Assembly: GCA_017502975.1 (NCBI GenBank)
Contig: JAFVTV010000015.1
Location: 6,473 to 70,472 of the forward strand
Source of the DNA: Clostridia bacterium
Lineage (GTDB): Bacteria > Bacillota > Clostridia > Oscillospirales > CAG-272
Length of the DNA: 64,000 nt
Direction: 5' to 3'
The notes below the pieces were generated by a model. That model did not search any database. It saw nothing but the letters and a program-made list of their open reading frames with translations, and had not been told where the DNA came from. Shown in pieces: positions 17,374 through 26,334 of the stretch. A program made the translations under genes and the position numbers. Numbering within the stretch: the first letter of the stretch is position 1; each line of letters begins with the position of its first letter.

Positions 17374-18939
17374 ATGGAACTTTATTTTTCTATATCGCCC
17401 GTTCCCGCCCCCACACGGCGCGATGAAATTTTAGGGGCAATTTCGGCAACTGTACCGGGAGCAAGCGCAGAATTTAGCAAAGATGGCGCAAAGATTCGGG
17501 TAAGGATCCCTGCAGGGGCTGACCGCTTGTCGGCGCAGGATGCCATTGTATTTCGCTTGCTGGGGCTTGGCTTTGAAGCCAAGGAGCTTGCCTACACGCC
17601 CCCTCAAGCACCGCCTATTACCAATATTCCGCAGCATTATACAAAGCCGCAGCCGCGTACCGTGCGCCTTTCGGTATTCATCATTTCGCTCGTTGCAACG
17701 GTGCTTGCGGTATCGATTCTTGGCTTTGCACTTGGCGCTGCGTTTATGGGCATTTTTGGCGATGGTGGCACGCTTGGTGTTGACGGCACAGAGGATTACA
17801 GCGGAAAGATTGGTATTATAGATACTATTTTTTCTGAATATGCGCTATACGATACAAATGGCGATTTTTTGCTTGACAGTATGCTTAAGGCATATGTCGC
17901 GGCAACGGGTGACCAATATGCCGCTTACTATACCGCTGAGGAATTTGCCGAGATCATGGCAGAAAACAGCGGCGAATTGGTTGGCGTTGGTATTACGGTA
18001 GTCGAGAGCCTTGATCCCGTAGGCATTGCTATTATTGGCGTTATGCCGGGGTCCCCCGCTGAGGAGGCAGGCGTTTTGCCGGGCGACGTGATTGTGGTGA
18101 TTGGCAGTGGCGAGAACGCTTTTTCCGTGGCAGACCGTGGATACGAAGCGGCGCTTGCAGCCTTGCGTGGTGAGGCAGGCAGCATTGCTAACTTTACCGT
18201 GCAACGTGAAGGGGAGCAAATAAGTTTTTCCATTGCGCGCGCATTGGTAGAAAATGTATCGGTTACAGGTCGCGTAAGCGAAACCGATAATAGTGTTGGT
18301 ATTGTAAGCATTTCTCAGTTTATAATTAATACCCCCGTGCAATTTGAAGTCGAAATGGATAAACTGATCGCTAAGGGATGCACGCGCTTCGTGTTTGATG
18401 TGCGCAACAATCCCGGCGGTGATTTGAACTCCATCGTTGCCGTGCTTTCCTATTTCTTAAACGAGGACGATCTTATTGTGACTACGGTCTATAAGGACGG
18501 CACCACTGAAAGTGAGTATGCATCTCCTGTAGATTACAAGGGTGATTATGAGGCTTGCAGTATCGCAAAAGAGGATATTGGTAAGTATCGCAATTATCAA
18601 AAGGCTGTTTTGATCAACGGCAATACCGCCAGCGCAGCAGAGCTTTTTACAGCAGTGCTGCGAGATTATGAATTGGCAACGATCGTTGGCACTACAACCT
18701 ACGGCAAGGGTGTGTTACAAAGCATTTTTGATCTCTCGAGCTTTGGATATAGCGGTGGCATAAAGCTGACCACAGGGTACTATAATCCGCCCTCGGGCGA
18801 AAATTACGACGGCAAGGGTGTTGCGCCCAGCGGAGCGCAAACGCCGCTTGACGACGCTGTAAAGAATAAAAATCTCTACCTTCTCACAGAGCAGGAGGAT
18901 AACCAACTTCGCGCTGCAATTGCGGCAGTTACACAGTAA
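17374..18939 (+). CDS. S41-family C-terminal processing peptidase with PDZ domain and an atypical ~95-aa N-terminal cytoplasmic extension
   Basis: PDZ (GVGITV...VMPGSPAEEAGVLPGDVIV), catalytic Ser context NGNTASAAELF and Lys context TYGKG, and a single TM (LSVFIISLVATVLAVSILGFALGAAF) after residues 1-95. Confidence 0.85.
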   Translation: MELYFSISPVPAPTRRDEILGAISATVPGASAEFSKDGAKIRVRIPAGADRLSAQDAIVFRLLGLGFEAKELAYTPPQAPPITNIPQHYTKPQPRTVRLSVFIISLVATVLAVSILGFALGAAFMGIFGDGGTLGVDGTEDYSGKIGIIDTIFSEYALYDTNGDFLLDSMLKAYVAATGDQYAAYYTAEEFAEIMAENSGELVGVGITVVESLDPVGIAIIGVMPGSPAEEAGVLPGDVIVVIGSGENAFSVADRGYEAALAALRGEAGSIANFTVQREGEQISFSIARALVENVSVTGRVSETDNSVGIVSISQFIINTPVQFEVEMDKLIAKGCTRFVFDVRNNPGGDLNSIVAVLSYFLNEDDLIVTTVYKDGTTESEYASPVDYKGDYEACSIAKEDIGKYRNYQKAVLINGNTASAAELFTAVLRDYELATIVGTTTYGKGVLQSIFDLSSFGYSGGIKLTTGYYNPPSGENYDGKGVAPSGAQTPLDDAVKNKNLYLLTEQEDNQLRAAIAAVTQ

Positions 18940-18970
18940 ATAATTTTTTCTAAATAGAGGAGTTACCGTC

Positions 18971-19459
18971 ATGGCAAATGTAAAGAAGATCACAATGACC
19001 CAAGAGGGCTATAACGAACTTGTAAAAGAGCTTCAATGGCGCGAAGGTGAAGAGCGCGAGCGCATTAAAAACGATATCGTAACCGCACGCGGCTTTGGCG
19101 ACCTTTCCGAGAATGCGGAGTATGACGCTGCGCGTAACGCACAGGCAGAAAACGAGGCTCGCATTCTTAAGCTGAAATATGATATTGAAAACGCAGAGGT
19201 GTACGATGCTTCCAAAGCAGTGCGCGGTGTAATCGACATTGGCTCTGTGATCAAGGTTTATGATGAGGATTTCAAGGAAGAGTGCAATTGGCGCATTGTA
19301 GGCTCTAACGAGGCTGATGTTGTCAGTGGCAAGATCTCCGACCAATCTCCTGTTGGCAAGGCACTGATCGGTCACCGTGCAGGCGACGTTGTAACAGGTG
19401 TTGTGGAAGCATCCGGCTATAATTTTACCTACCGTATTTTGGAAGTAGGACGCGACTAA
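18971..19459 (+). CDS. greA: transcription elongation factor GreA
   Basis: ITMTQEGYNELVKEL...ARGFGDLSENAEYDAAR...SPVGKALIGHRAGDVV. Confidence 0.95.
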   Translation: MANVKKITMTQEGYNELVKELQWREGEERERIKNDIVTARGFGDLSENAEYDAARNAQAENEARILKLKYDIENAEVYDASKAVRGVIDIGSVIKVYDEDFKEECNWRIVGSNEADVVSGKISDQSPVGKALIGHRAGDVVTGVVEASGYNFTYRILEVGRD

Positions 19460-19471
19460 TAGAGGTATAAC

Positions 19472-20992
19472 ATGGCTGAAGAAAAGAGAAACGAGGCGGT
19501 CGGTGCCGCTGACGAGGTTAATTTAGGCGATATTCTGCGCGTGCGCCGCGAAAAGCTGTCCGCACTTCGCGAGGCGGGCACTGATCCCTTTCAAATTACC
19601 AAATATCCGCAGGATGCTTACTCTGCTGACATCAAGGCGCGCTTTGCCGATCTTGCCGCAGAGGAGGAAACCGATGTAACGGTTTGCCTTGCCGGGCGTA
19701 TGATGACAAAACGCGTAATGGGTAAGGCAAGCTTTGCGCATTTGCGTGACGATAAGGGCGATATTCAAATTTATGTGCGCCGCGATGTGATCGGCGAGGA
19801 GGCCTATGCCGGCTTTAAAAAGATGGATATCGGCGATATCATTGGTGTAAAGGGCATTGTGTTCCGCACCAAGATGGGCGAGATCAGCGTACGCTGCACC
19901 GAGCTGGTGCTGCTTTCCAAGAGCCTTTTGCCCCTGCCCGAGAAATTCCATGGTCTCAAGGATCAGGAAACACGTTACCGTCAGCGCTACGTGGATCTTA
20001 TTGTCAATCCCGAGGTTAAGGATACCTTTGTCAAGCGCAGCCTTATTCTGCGCGAGCTTCGTGCATTCCTTGATAGCAAGGGCTTCCTTGAGGTGGACAC
20101 ACCTATCCTTACCCCCTTTGAGATCGGTGCTTCCGCACGTCCTTTTTTGACGCATCATAATACCCTTGATATGGATATGGTGCTGCGCATTGAAACCGAG
20201 CTTTACTTAAAGCGCTTAATCGTTGGCGGTATGGACCGCGTTTATGAGGTAGGCCGTATTTTCCGTAATGAGGGTATGGATCCTAAGCACAATCCCGAAT
20301 TTACTAGCATCGAGCTGTATCAGGCATACACCGACTATCACGCTTTAATGGATCTGGTAGAGGAAATGATGCGCACCGTTGCCGAGAAGGTTTGCGGTAG
20401 CCTTGTGATCCCATACTGCGGTCATCAGATCGACCTCGGTCATTGGGAGCGCATGACCATGCTTGAGGCGGTTAAGAAGTACAGCGGCGTTGACTTTAAC
20501 GAGATTGAAAACGATGAGGAAGCGATCGCTATGGCGAAAAAGCACCATGTCGAACTTCCCGAGGTGCCCACCAAGGGCGCGATCCTTGCTGAGTTTTTTG
20601 ATGCCTTTGTTGAGGACAAGCTGATTCAGCCCACCTTTATTTACGATTATCCTGTTGAGATCAGCCCGCTTGCGAAGCGCAAGCCCGAGAATCCTGCCTA
20701 TACCGAGCGCTTTGAGTACTTTATCAATGCAACCGAGTTTGGCAACGCATTCTCCGAGCTCAACGATCCCATTGATCAAAAGGAGCGCTTTGAGCGCCAG
20801 GTAGCCGAGCGTAAGGCAATCGATCCCACCTGCCGTGCGCAGGTTGACTATGACTATATTACCGCGCTTGAGTATGGCTTGCCCCCGACAGGCGGCCTTG
20901 GCTTTGGCGTTGATCGTCTTGTCATGCTGCTTACCGATAGCGCATCGATCCGCGATGTGCTGTTGTTCCCGACAATGAGACCCCTTGATTGA
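19472..20992 (+). CDS. lysS: lysyl-tRNA synthetase (class II)
   Basis: RREKLSALREAG.DPF, an OB-fold region, RIFRNEGMDPKHNPEFTSIELYQAY, and GGLGFGVDRLVMLLT. Confidence 0.97.
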   Translation: MAEEKRNEAVGAADEVNLGDILRVRREKLSALREAGTDPFQITKYPQDAYSADIKARFADLAAEEETDVTVCLAGRMMTKRVMGKASFAHLRDDKGDIQIYVRRDVIGEEAYAGFKKMDIGDIIGVKGIVFRTKMGEISVRCTELVLLSKSLLPLPEKFHGLKDQETRYRQRYVDLIVNPEVKDTFVKRSLILRELRAFLDSKGFLEVDTPILTPFEIGASARPFLTHHNTLDMDMVLRIETELYLKRLIVGGMDRVYEVGRIFRNEGMDPKHNPEFTSIELYQAYTDYHALMDLVEEMMRTVAEKVCGSLVIPYCGHQIDLGHWERMTMLEAVKKYSGVDFNEIENDEEAIAMAKKHHVELPEVPTKGAILAEFFDAFVEDKLIQPTFIYDYPVEISPLAKRKPENPAYTERFEYFINATEFGNAFSELNDPIDQKERFERQVAERKAIDPTCRAQVDYDYITALEYGLPPTGGLGFGVDRLVMLLTDSASIRDVLLFPTMRPLD

Positions 20993-21017
20993 ATTGTTAT
21001 ATAGTGAAACGGGAGCA

Positions 21018-21060
21018 GAACCCGCCGGAAAGCAGTGCTTGAGGGCGGGTTCGGATTATT
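21018..21060 (+). terminator. possible terminator after lysS (weak U-tract)
   Basis: GAACCCGCC-N17-GGCGGGTTC perfect 9-bp stem, followed only by GGATTATT. Confidence 0.35.
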
Positions 21061-21082
21061 CACTCTTGCTAAGGAGAAAGGA

Positions 21083-21883
21083 ATGGAACATAACAGAGAA
21101 GAAAAGCGCGAGGCGCGCCAGATCAGGCTCGGCGGTGGCAAAAAACGCCCCGAAAAGGAGCATGGCAAGCTTTACCGCTGGCTGGATAATTTTTGGTATC
21201 ACCACAAATGGGCAACGCTTGCCACACTTTTCTTGGTGATCGTGATCACCGTTTGCGCTTTGCAAATGTGCTCGCGCGAGGAAAAGGGCGATATCACAGT
21301 TGTAACCGCAGGTCCTTATGGCTTTGTTACGAACGAAGCGGGGCTGCTTGATCTGAAAAATTGCCTTTCTACATACTTGCCCGAGGATTATAACGGCAAT
21401 GGCATAAAGGATATTACCGTATATTCCTATAGCATCTTTTCGGAGGATGAGGCGCAGGAGCTTGAAAACCGTGTGGATGAAAACGGAGAACCGGCAGGTG
21501 TTGCGGTAGACCGTTATCAAAACACACAGGAATACTCCAATTTTTCGCAGTATCTTCAAACGGGCGATGCAGCAGTGCTGTTTTTGTCCCCTTGGCTCGC
21601 TGAGGAATATTCCAAACGAAGCGGTGTACTTGTTGATTTTGCCGAGCTGCTTGAAAAGGAGCCCGAAAATGGAGCGTATGCAACGCTTGAGAGTGGAAAG
21701 ACGGTATGCTATGGCATCAAGCTTTGCGAAACGGCTCTTTGGCGCGAAAACAGCGCTGTGAGAAGCGCCTTGCCCGAGAATACAGTCATTTGCTTGATGA
21801 TGCCGGGGATAATTGGTAATAACAGCGATCAAGAAATATACAATCACGCGATAGACTATGTAAAGAAACTGATCGAGCAATAA
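21083..21883 (+). CDS. hypothetical membrane-anchored protein
   Basis: The ATG at 21083 has AAGGAGAAAGG upstream. The N-terminus is charged (MEHNREEKREARQIRLGGGKKRPEKEHGK), followed by one TM (WATLATLFLVIVITVCAL) and a ~200-aa extracytoplasmic domain with no motif I recognise. Confidence 0.6.
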   Translation: MEHNREEKREARQIRLGGGKKRPEKEHGKLYRWLDNFWYHHKWATLATLFLVIVITVCALQMCSREEKGDITVVTAGPYGFVTNEAGLLDLKNCLSTYLPEDYNGNGIKDITVYSYSIFSEDEAQELENRVDENGEPAGVAVDRYQNTQEYSNFSQYLQTGDAAVLFLSPWLAEEYSKRSGVLVDFAELLEKEPENGAYATLESGKTVCYGIKLCETALWRENSAVRSALPENTVICLMMPGIIGNNSDQEIYNHAIDYVKKLIEQ

Positions 21884-21889
21884 AATAAG

Positions 21890-21920
21890 GAGAGATAGGA
21901 AAACACTATCTCTCTTTTTT
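21890..21920 (+). terminator. rho-independent terminator
   Basis: GAGAGATAG-N7-CTATCTCTC followed by TTTTTT. Confidence 0.85.
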
Positions 21921-21953
21921 CGTTACGAGGAAGTTTTTACATATCCTTTTTTT

Positions 21954-21982
21954 GTATAACAAAAATCTCGCACGGCAATACT
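21954..21982 (+). promoter_or_regulatory. sigma-F-type (forespore) promoter for sigG
   Basis: GTATA (21954-21958), 15 nt, GGCAATACT (21974-21982). This fits the B. subtilis sigma-F pattern GyATA-N15-GGnnAnAnT, recalled from memory. Confidence 0.5.
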
Positions 21983-22009
21983 TTCATTACTCCACAAAAG
22001 GAGAGTGAA

Positions 22010-22783
22010 ATGTATAAAAACAAAGTTGAAATATGTGGGATCAACACCTCTGAATTAAAAACGCTGACCGATGAAGAAAAGCGCGAACTGCTAAAAAAAG
22101 CGCAGGCAGGGGACAGCGCCGCGCGCGATGAGGTGATACTTGGAAATTTGCGTCTGGTGCTTTCGATCATTCAACGGTTTTCGGGGCGCAAGGAAAATGT
22201 GGACGACCTTTTTCAGGTAGGGTGCATCGGTCTTGTTAAGGCGGTGGATAATTTCAACCTCGCGCTTGATGTTAAATTTTCCACTTATGCCGTGCCTATG
22301 ATCATTGGCGAGATCAGGCGTTATTTGCGCGACAATAACTCTATTCGCATCAGCAGATCGGTACGGGATCTTGCATATCGCGCTTTGCAGGTAAGAGAAG
22401 AGCTGACGCGCGAGCGAGAGTATGAACCGAGCGTTGATGAAATTGCCAAAAAGCTTGGTGTAGAGCGTGAGCCAATTCTGCGTGCTATGGAGGCGATTGC
22501 CCAGCCAATCTCTCTTTATGAACCGGTGTATAACGAGAGTGGTGATGCCATTTATATCATGGATCAGATCAGTGACACCTCGGCTCAGGATGAGCATTGG
22601 CTTGAGCATATTGCGTTGCGCGACGCGATGAAAAAGCTTTCCGACAGGGAGCGAAAAATCATTGAGTTGCGCTTTTATAAAAACAAAACGCAAATGGAAA
22701 TTGCAGAAAGCATCGGCATTTCACAAGCGCAGGTATCGCGCCTTGAAAAGGGGGCGCTTGAGCGCATGCGAAAAGAAATTTAA
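22010..22783 (+). CDS. sigG: RNA polymerase sporulation sigma factor G
   Basis: MYKNKVEICGINTSELKTL, NLRLVLSIIQRF, DDLFQVGCIGLVKAVDNF, KFSTYAVPMIIGEIRRYLRDNNSIRISRS, and GISQAQVSRLEK are near-identical in pattern to B. subtilis SigG. Confidence 0.92.
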   Translation: MYKNKVEICGINTSELKTLTDEEKRELLKKAQAGDSAARDEVILGNLRLVLSIIQRFSGRKENVDDLFQVGCIGLVKAVDNFNLALDVKFSTYAVPMIIGEIRRYLRDNNSIRISRSVRDLAYRALQVREELTREREYEPSVDEIAKKLGVEREPILRAMEAIAQPISLYEPVYNESGDAIYIMDQISDTSAQDEHWLEHIALRDAMKKLSDRERKIIELRFYKNKTQMEIAESIGISQAQVSRLEKGALERMRKEI

Positions 22784-22871
22784 TACCTTTATTTTTACAA
22801 AAATTCCTTAAAACTGATATTAAAATAAAATATGTTCTATTTTTCAACAAAATATATTTAAAATATGAAAT

Positions 22872-22911
22872 GCCGGCTTGGATCAAAAAGAACCGAGTCG
22901 GCTTGCTTTTT
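22872..22911 (+). terminator. probable terminator after sigG
   Basis: GCCGGCTTGG-N11-CCGAGTCGGC (two G.U pairs) followed by TTGCTTTTT. Confidence 0.55.
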
Positions 22912-22981
22912 CTAAATTCTCCCTGCTTTAAGAACTGCTTTTTTAGATATATTAAGTTTTGGTTAGGGCGGTGATAACGAT

Positions 22982-24403
22982 ATGAAAAAGCAAGAGTCCT
23001 TGCTTTCAAGCACGGTAATACTTGGCGTGGCGGCGGTCCTTTCAAAGGCAACGGTCTTTTTCTTGATGCCGTTTTACACAGCGCGTTTGACACCTGCAGA
23101 TTTTGGGAATGCAGATGTTCTTGTGGGCACGGCACTGTTGCTGTTGCCCTTTGTTTCGCTCAATGTGCCCGAGGCACTCTTTCGTTTTCTTGCGGGTGAT
23201 CGATGTTGCAAAAAGGAGTTTTTTTCGGCAGGTGTTTTTCTTCTGGTGATTGGTGCTTCGCTGTTTTTCTTGCTCATTTCCCAAACGGTATATTCCTCGC
23301 TTCTTTTTGCTTATCGGTGGTATTTGTTCTTTTATGTGCTCGCTTCTGTTTCTCGCAGCCTTCTCGCGCACATTTTGCGTGCAGAGGGGAATTATATATT
23401 TTATGCAGGGCAGCAGGTGCTTTGCACGCTGTTGACCGTTTTACTGCAAATTTTTCTTTTGGCGGTGCTTCAAAAGGGTGTAGGTGGCTACTTGCTTGGC
23501 GTTATTCTTGCTGATGCCACGGTGTTTTTTTGCTTGCTGTTCTTACTGCGCCCATGGCGCTATTTTTCTGCTTTTGAGATCAAACGGGGAACGGTAAAGA
23601 AGATTCTGCGTTATTCCTTGCCGTTAATGCCAACGGCGGTTTTGTGGTGGGTCACAGCTATTTCCGATCGGTATATTTTGCTTCATTATCACGGTGCTGA
23701 GCTCACGGGTCTTTATGCGGCGGCATCTCGTATTCCAACGGTGCTGACCTTTCTTATCGGTGTTTTTTTGGAGGCGTGGCAATATGCCGCTATCAGTACA
23801 AAGGAGGAAGCGCGCGCCCTGCGCTATGGGCGCATCTACAGTATGCTTTTGCCCGTGGCGATCATAGGCGCTGCAGGTGTACTTTCGGTGGCTTACCCGC
23901 TTGTTTTACTGATCTATGCACCCGAATACGGCGGTGCTGTGGTGTTTGTTCCGTTTTTAACGTTAGCCTCTTTGTTTGCGGCGCTTTCCTCGTTTCTGGG
24001 AAGCATATATGTGGTAAGACTAAAGTCCTTGGCTTCGCTTTTTACCGCACTGTGCGGTGCCTTGCTGAACGTTGCGTTTAATTTTCTGCTCATTCCGCGC
24101 TTTGGGGGGCTTGGCGCGGCGTTTGCAACGCTTGTCGCATATTTCACGGTGTTTTTTGTTAGAACGTTGCACAGCAAGCGGTATCTGCACTTCTCGCATC
24201 ACACTGTCAAATTTACAGTTTCGGCACTGTTTTTGTGGCTTGCCGCTTTTGCCGTTATGCGTGGGGGATATGTAATTGCGCTTCTCCCTGCTATTTTATC
24301 GCCCTTGCCGTTTGTTGTAGAGATAGGGGAGGGCGTGTCCCTTTTGCTCGAAAAAACGGTGGATGTATGGAAAAAGCGACAAAAAAGGACAAAGGGATAT
24401 TGA
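22982..24403 (+). CDS. MOP-superfamily polysaccharide/oligosaccharide flippase (Wzx/polysaccharide biosynthesis protein family)
   Basis: 473 aa with about 12-14 TM helices. The N-terminus LSSTVILGVAAVLSKATVFFLMPFYTARLTPADFG is typical of this family. Confidence 0.75.
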   Translation: MKKQESLLSSTVILGVAAVLSKATVFFLMPFYTARLTPADFGNADVLVGTALLLLPFVSLNVPEALFRFLAGDRCCKKEFFSAGVFLLVIGASLFFLLISQTVYSSLLFAYRWYLFFYVLASVSRSLLAHILRAEGNYIFYAGQQVLCTLLTVLLQIFLLAVLQKGVGGYLLGVILADATVFFCLLFLLRPWRYFSAFEIKRGTVKKILRYSLPLMPTAVLWWVTAISDRYILLHYHGAELTGLYAAASRIPTVLTFLIGVFLEAWQYAAISTKEEARALRYGRIYSMLLPVAIIGAAGVLSVAYPLVLLIYAPEYGGAVVFVPFLTLASLFAALSSFLGSIYVVRLKSLASLFTALCGALLNVAFNFLLIPRFGGLGAAFATLVAYFTVFFVRTLHSKRYLHFSHHTVKFTVSALFLWLAAFAVMRGGYVIALLPAILSPLPFVVEIGEGVSLLLEKTVDVWKKRQKRTKGY

Positions 24404-24428
24404 CATTTTCTTCATATTGATTTATAAT
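24400..24428 (+). promoter_or_regulatory. consensus sigma-A promoter driving the L-box leader
   Basis: TTGACA (24400-24405, overlapping the flippase stop), 17 nt, TATAAT (24423-24428). Confidence 0.75.
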
Positions 24429-24435
24429 TATTAAC

Positions 24436-24606
24436 GATAGAGGTGCAAGCTTCATCAGTAGCGTGGGGAATGCGGTCTTGACGCATCGGCACGGAAATGC
24501 CGCGCGCGAAAGGGAAGATTGCCGAAATGGGCTGTAGTTTCCGATACCGCTTGTTGGGACAGGGCAAAATATGCGCTGTACTGTCACATTGCGTGGAGTG
24601 CTATCG
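24436..24606 (+). promoter_or_regulatory. lysine riboswitch (L-box)
   Basis: GATAGAGGTGCAAGCTTCATCAGTAG...GAAAGGGAAGATTGCCGAA...CTGTCAC...GGAGTGCTATC. This is colinear with the B. subtilis lysC leader blocks AGAGGTGC / AGTA / GAAAGGG / GCCGAA / CTGTCA / GGAG.GCTATC. P1 pairs GATAG with CTATC. Confidence 0.85.
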
Positions 24607-24621
24607 TGTGCAAGTGTTTGT

Positions 24622-24650
24622 GCCGTGGCAGTTTGCCGCGGCTTTTTGTT
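24622..24650 (+). terminator. riboswitch expression-platform terminator
   Basis: GCCGTGGC-AGTTT-GCCGCGGC (one G.U pair) followed by TTTTTGTTT, 29 nt before the transporter ATG. Confidence 0.75.
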
Positions 24651-24678
24651 TAATCTTTAAAAAATTAAAGGAGTCAGT

Positions 24679-26316
24679 ATGAAAAAGAAACAGCTTGTAA
24701 ATCTAATCATCTTAGTAGTGGCTGTCATTGCTGTTGTTGTGCTTGCCATTACCATGCGCACAGCAGGGGCGGATGCCGAAACGCCTTACTACGCAACCTT
24801 TATGTCGCTTGTGCCGCCCATCATTGCCATTGGGCTTGCTCTTGTGACGAAAGAGGTGTTCAGCTCGTTGTTTGTCGGTGTGCTGGCAGGCGGCCTGTTT
24901 TATGCGGATTTTTCACCTGTAAAAGCAGTTGATACCGTTGTTAACACAGGCATTATTGAGGCTGTGTCAGGCACGGCAGGCATTTTTGCCTTCCTTGTGA
25001 TCCTTGGAGCTGTCGTTATTTTGCTTAACAAGGCAGGCGGCTCGCAGGCATTTGGTAAATGGGCACAGACCCATGTAAAAACACGCGTTGGCGCTTTGCT
25101 TGCAACCTTTGCGCTTGGCGTTCTGATTTTTGTTGACGACTATTTCAACTGCCTCACGGTTGGTAGCGTTATGCGCCCTGTTTGTGATACGCATAAGATC
25201 TCCCGTGCAAAGCTTGCATATGTGATCGATGCAACTGCCGCTCCTATTTGTATGATCGCACCTGTTTCCTCTTGGGCAGCTGCGGTTTCTGAGCACGTAG
25301 CAGATGGGCAGGGTCTTACCTACTTTATCAAAGCAATTCCTTACAACTTTTATTCTCTGCTTACCATTGCCTTTGTGATCACGATCACGATAATGGGCTT
25401 TGACTACGGTAAAATGTCGGGCGTTGAATTCAAGGCGCTTAACACCGGTGATCTTGGCGCAGCTGATCCGAGCGAGGATGCTGAAAAGTTGCCCGAGGGC
25501 GCTGTAGGTGCACGTGTGTATGACTTGATCGTACCGATCGTTGTTCTGATCGTTTCCTGCATTGTGGCACTTATGTATGTGGGTGGCTTCTTTACCGCCG
25601 GTGACTATCAGTGGAAACTGATCGATGCCTTTGGCAATACCGATGCAACCGTTGGCTTGCCTCTTGGCTCGCTTGTGGCATTGATCATCACCATTGTGTA
25701 CCTCATGGCTCGTCGCCTCATTTCCTTCAAGGAATCGATGGAAGCGATTCCGAAGGGCTTTATCGCAATGGTTCCCGCGATCCTCATTCTTACCCTTGCA
25801 ACTGCACTGAAGAATACTACGGGTCTGCTTGGCTCTGATGTGTTTGTTGACAATCTTCTTAAGAATGCAGGTGCGCTCAAGCTCTTCCTGCCTGCCATTA
25901 TCTTTGTCATTGCATGCTTCCTTGCTTTTGCAACCGGTACTTCTTGGGGTACATTTGGTATTCTCATTCCCATTGTTTCTGCCGCGTTTGGCGGTCTTAA
26001 CTCTGAGATCGCTGTAATTGGTATGTCTGCTTGCCTTGCAGGTGCAGTTTGCGGAGACCACTGCTCGCCTATTTCCGATACCACCATTATGGCATCGGCA
26101 GGTGCACAGTGCAACCATGTAGAGCACGTTTCCACGCAGTTGCCCTATGCGCTCACTGTTGCAGCCGTTTCCTTTGTATCTTACGTGATCGCAGGTCTTT
26201 TGCAGAGCATTGGCCTTTACTGGTGGGTATCTCTTCCCATTGGCATTGCTTTGATGATTGGCACGCTTTTCGGTATCAAATTCTATCAAAGCCGTAAGGT
26301 CAAAGCAGAAATTTAA
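24679..26316 (+). CDS. NhaC-family Na+/H+ antiporter-type transporter, probable lysine transporter (LysW-like)
   Basis: 545 aa, polytopic, with an NhaC-like repeated hairpin architecture. It is directly controlled by the L-box. AAGGAG lies before the ATG. Confidence 0.8.
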   Translation: MKKKQLVNLIILVVAVIAVVVLAITMRTAGADAETPYYATFMSLVPPIIAIGLALVTKEVFSSLFVGVLAGGLFYADFSPVKAVDTVVNTGIIEAVSGTAGIFAFLVILGAVVILLNKAGGSQAFGKWAQTHVKTRVGALLATFALGVLIFVDDYFNCLTVGSVMRPVCDTHKISRAKLAYVIDATAAPICMIAPVSSWAAAVSEHVADGQGLTYFIKAIPYNFYSLLTIAFVITITIMGFDYGKMSGVEFKALNTGDLGAADPSEDAEKLPEGAVGARVYDLIVPIVVLIVSCIVALMYVGGFFTAGDYQWKLIDAFGNTDATVGLPLGSLVALIITIVYLMARRLISFKESMEAIPKGFIAMVPAILILTLATALKNTTGLLGSDVFVDNLLKNAGALKLFLPAIIFVIACFLAFATGTSWGTFGILIPIVSAAFGGLNSEIAVIGMSACLAGAVCGDHCSPISDTTIMASAGAQCNHVEHVSTQLPYALTVAAVSFVSYVIAGLLQSIGLYWWVSLPIGIALMIGTLFGIKFYQSRKVKAEI

Positions 26317-26334
26317 AAAAATATCAAAAAACTA

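Noticed and set aside
22659-23135. 158-aa minus-strand ORF spanning the sigG-flippase intergenic region
   Set aside because: It crosses a terminator and AT-rich spacer, overlaps two well-supported plus-strand genes and has no RBS.
24967-26289. 440-aa minus-strand ORF antisense to the NhaC-family transporter
   Set aside because: The product is Arg/Cys/His-rich nonsense, while the plus strand encodes a coherent polytopic permease under riboswitch control.
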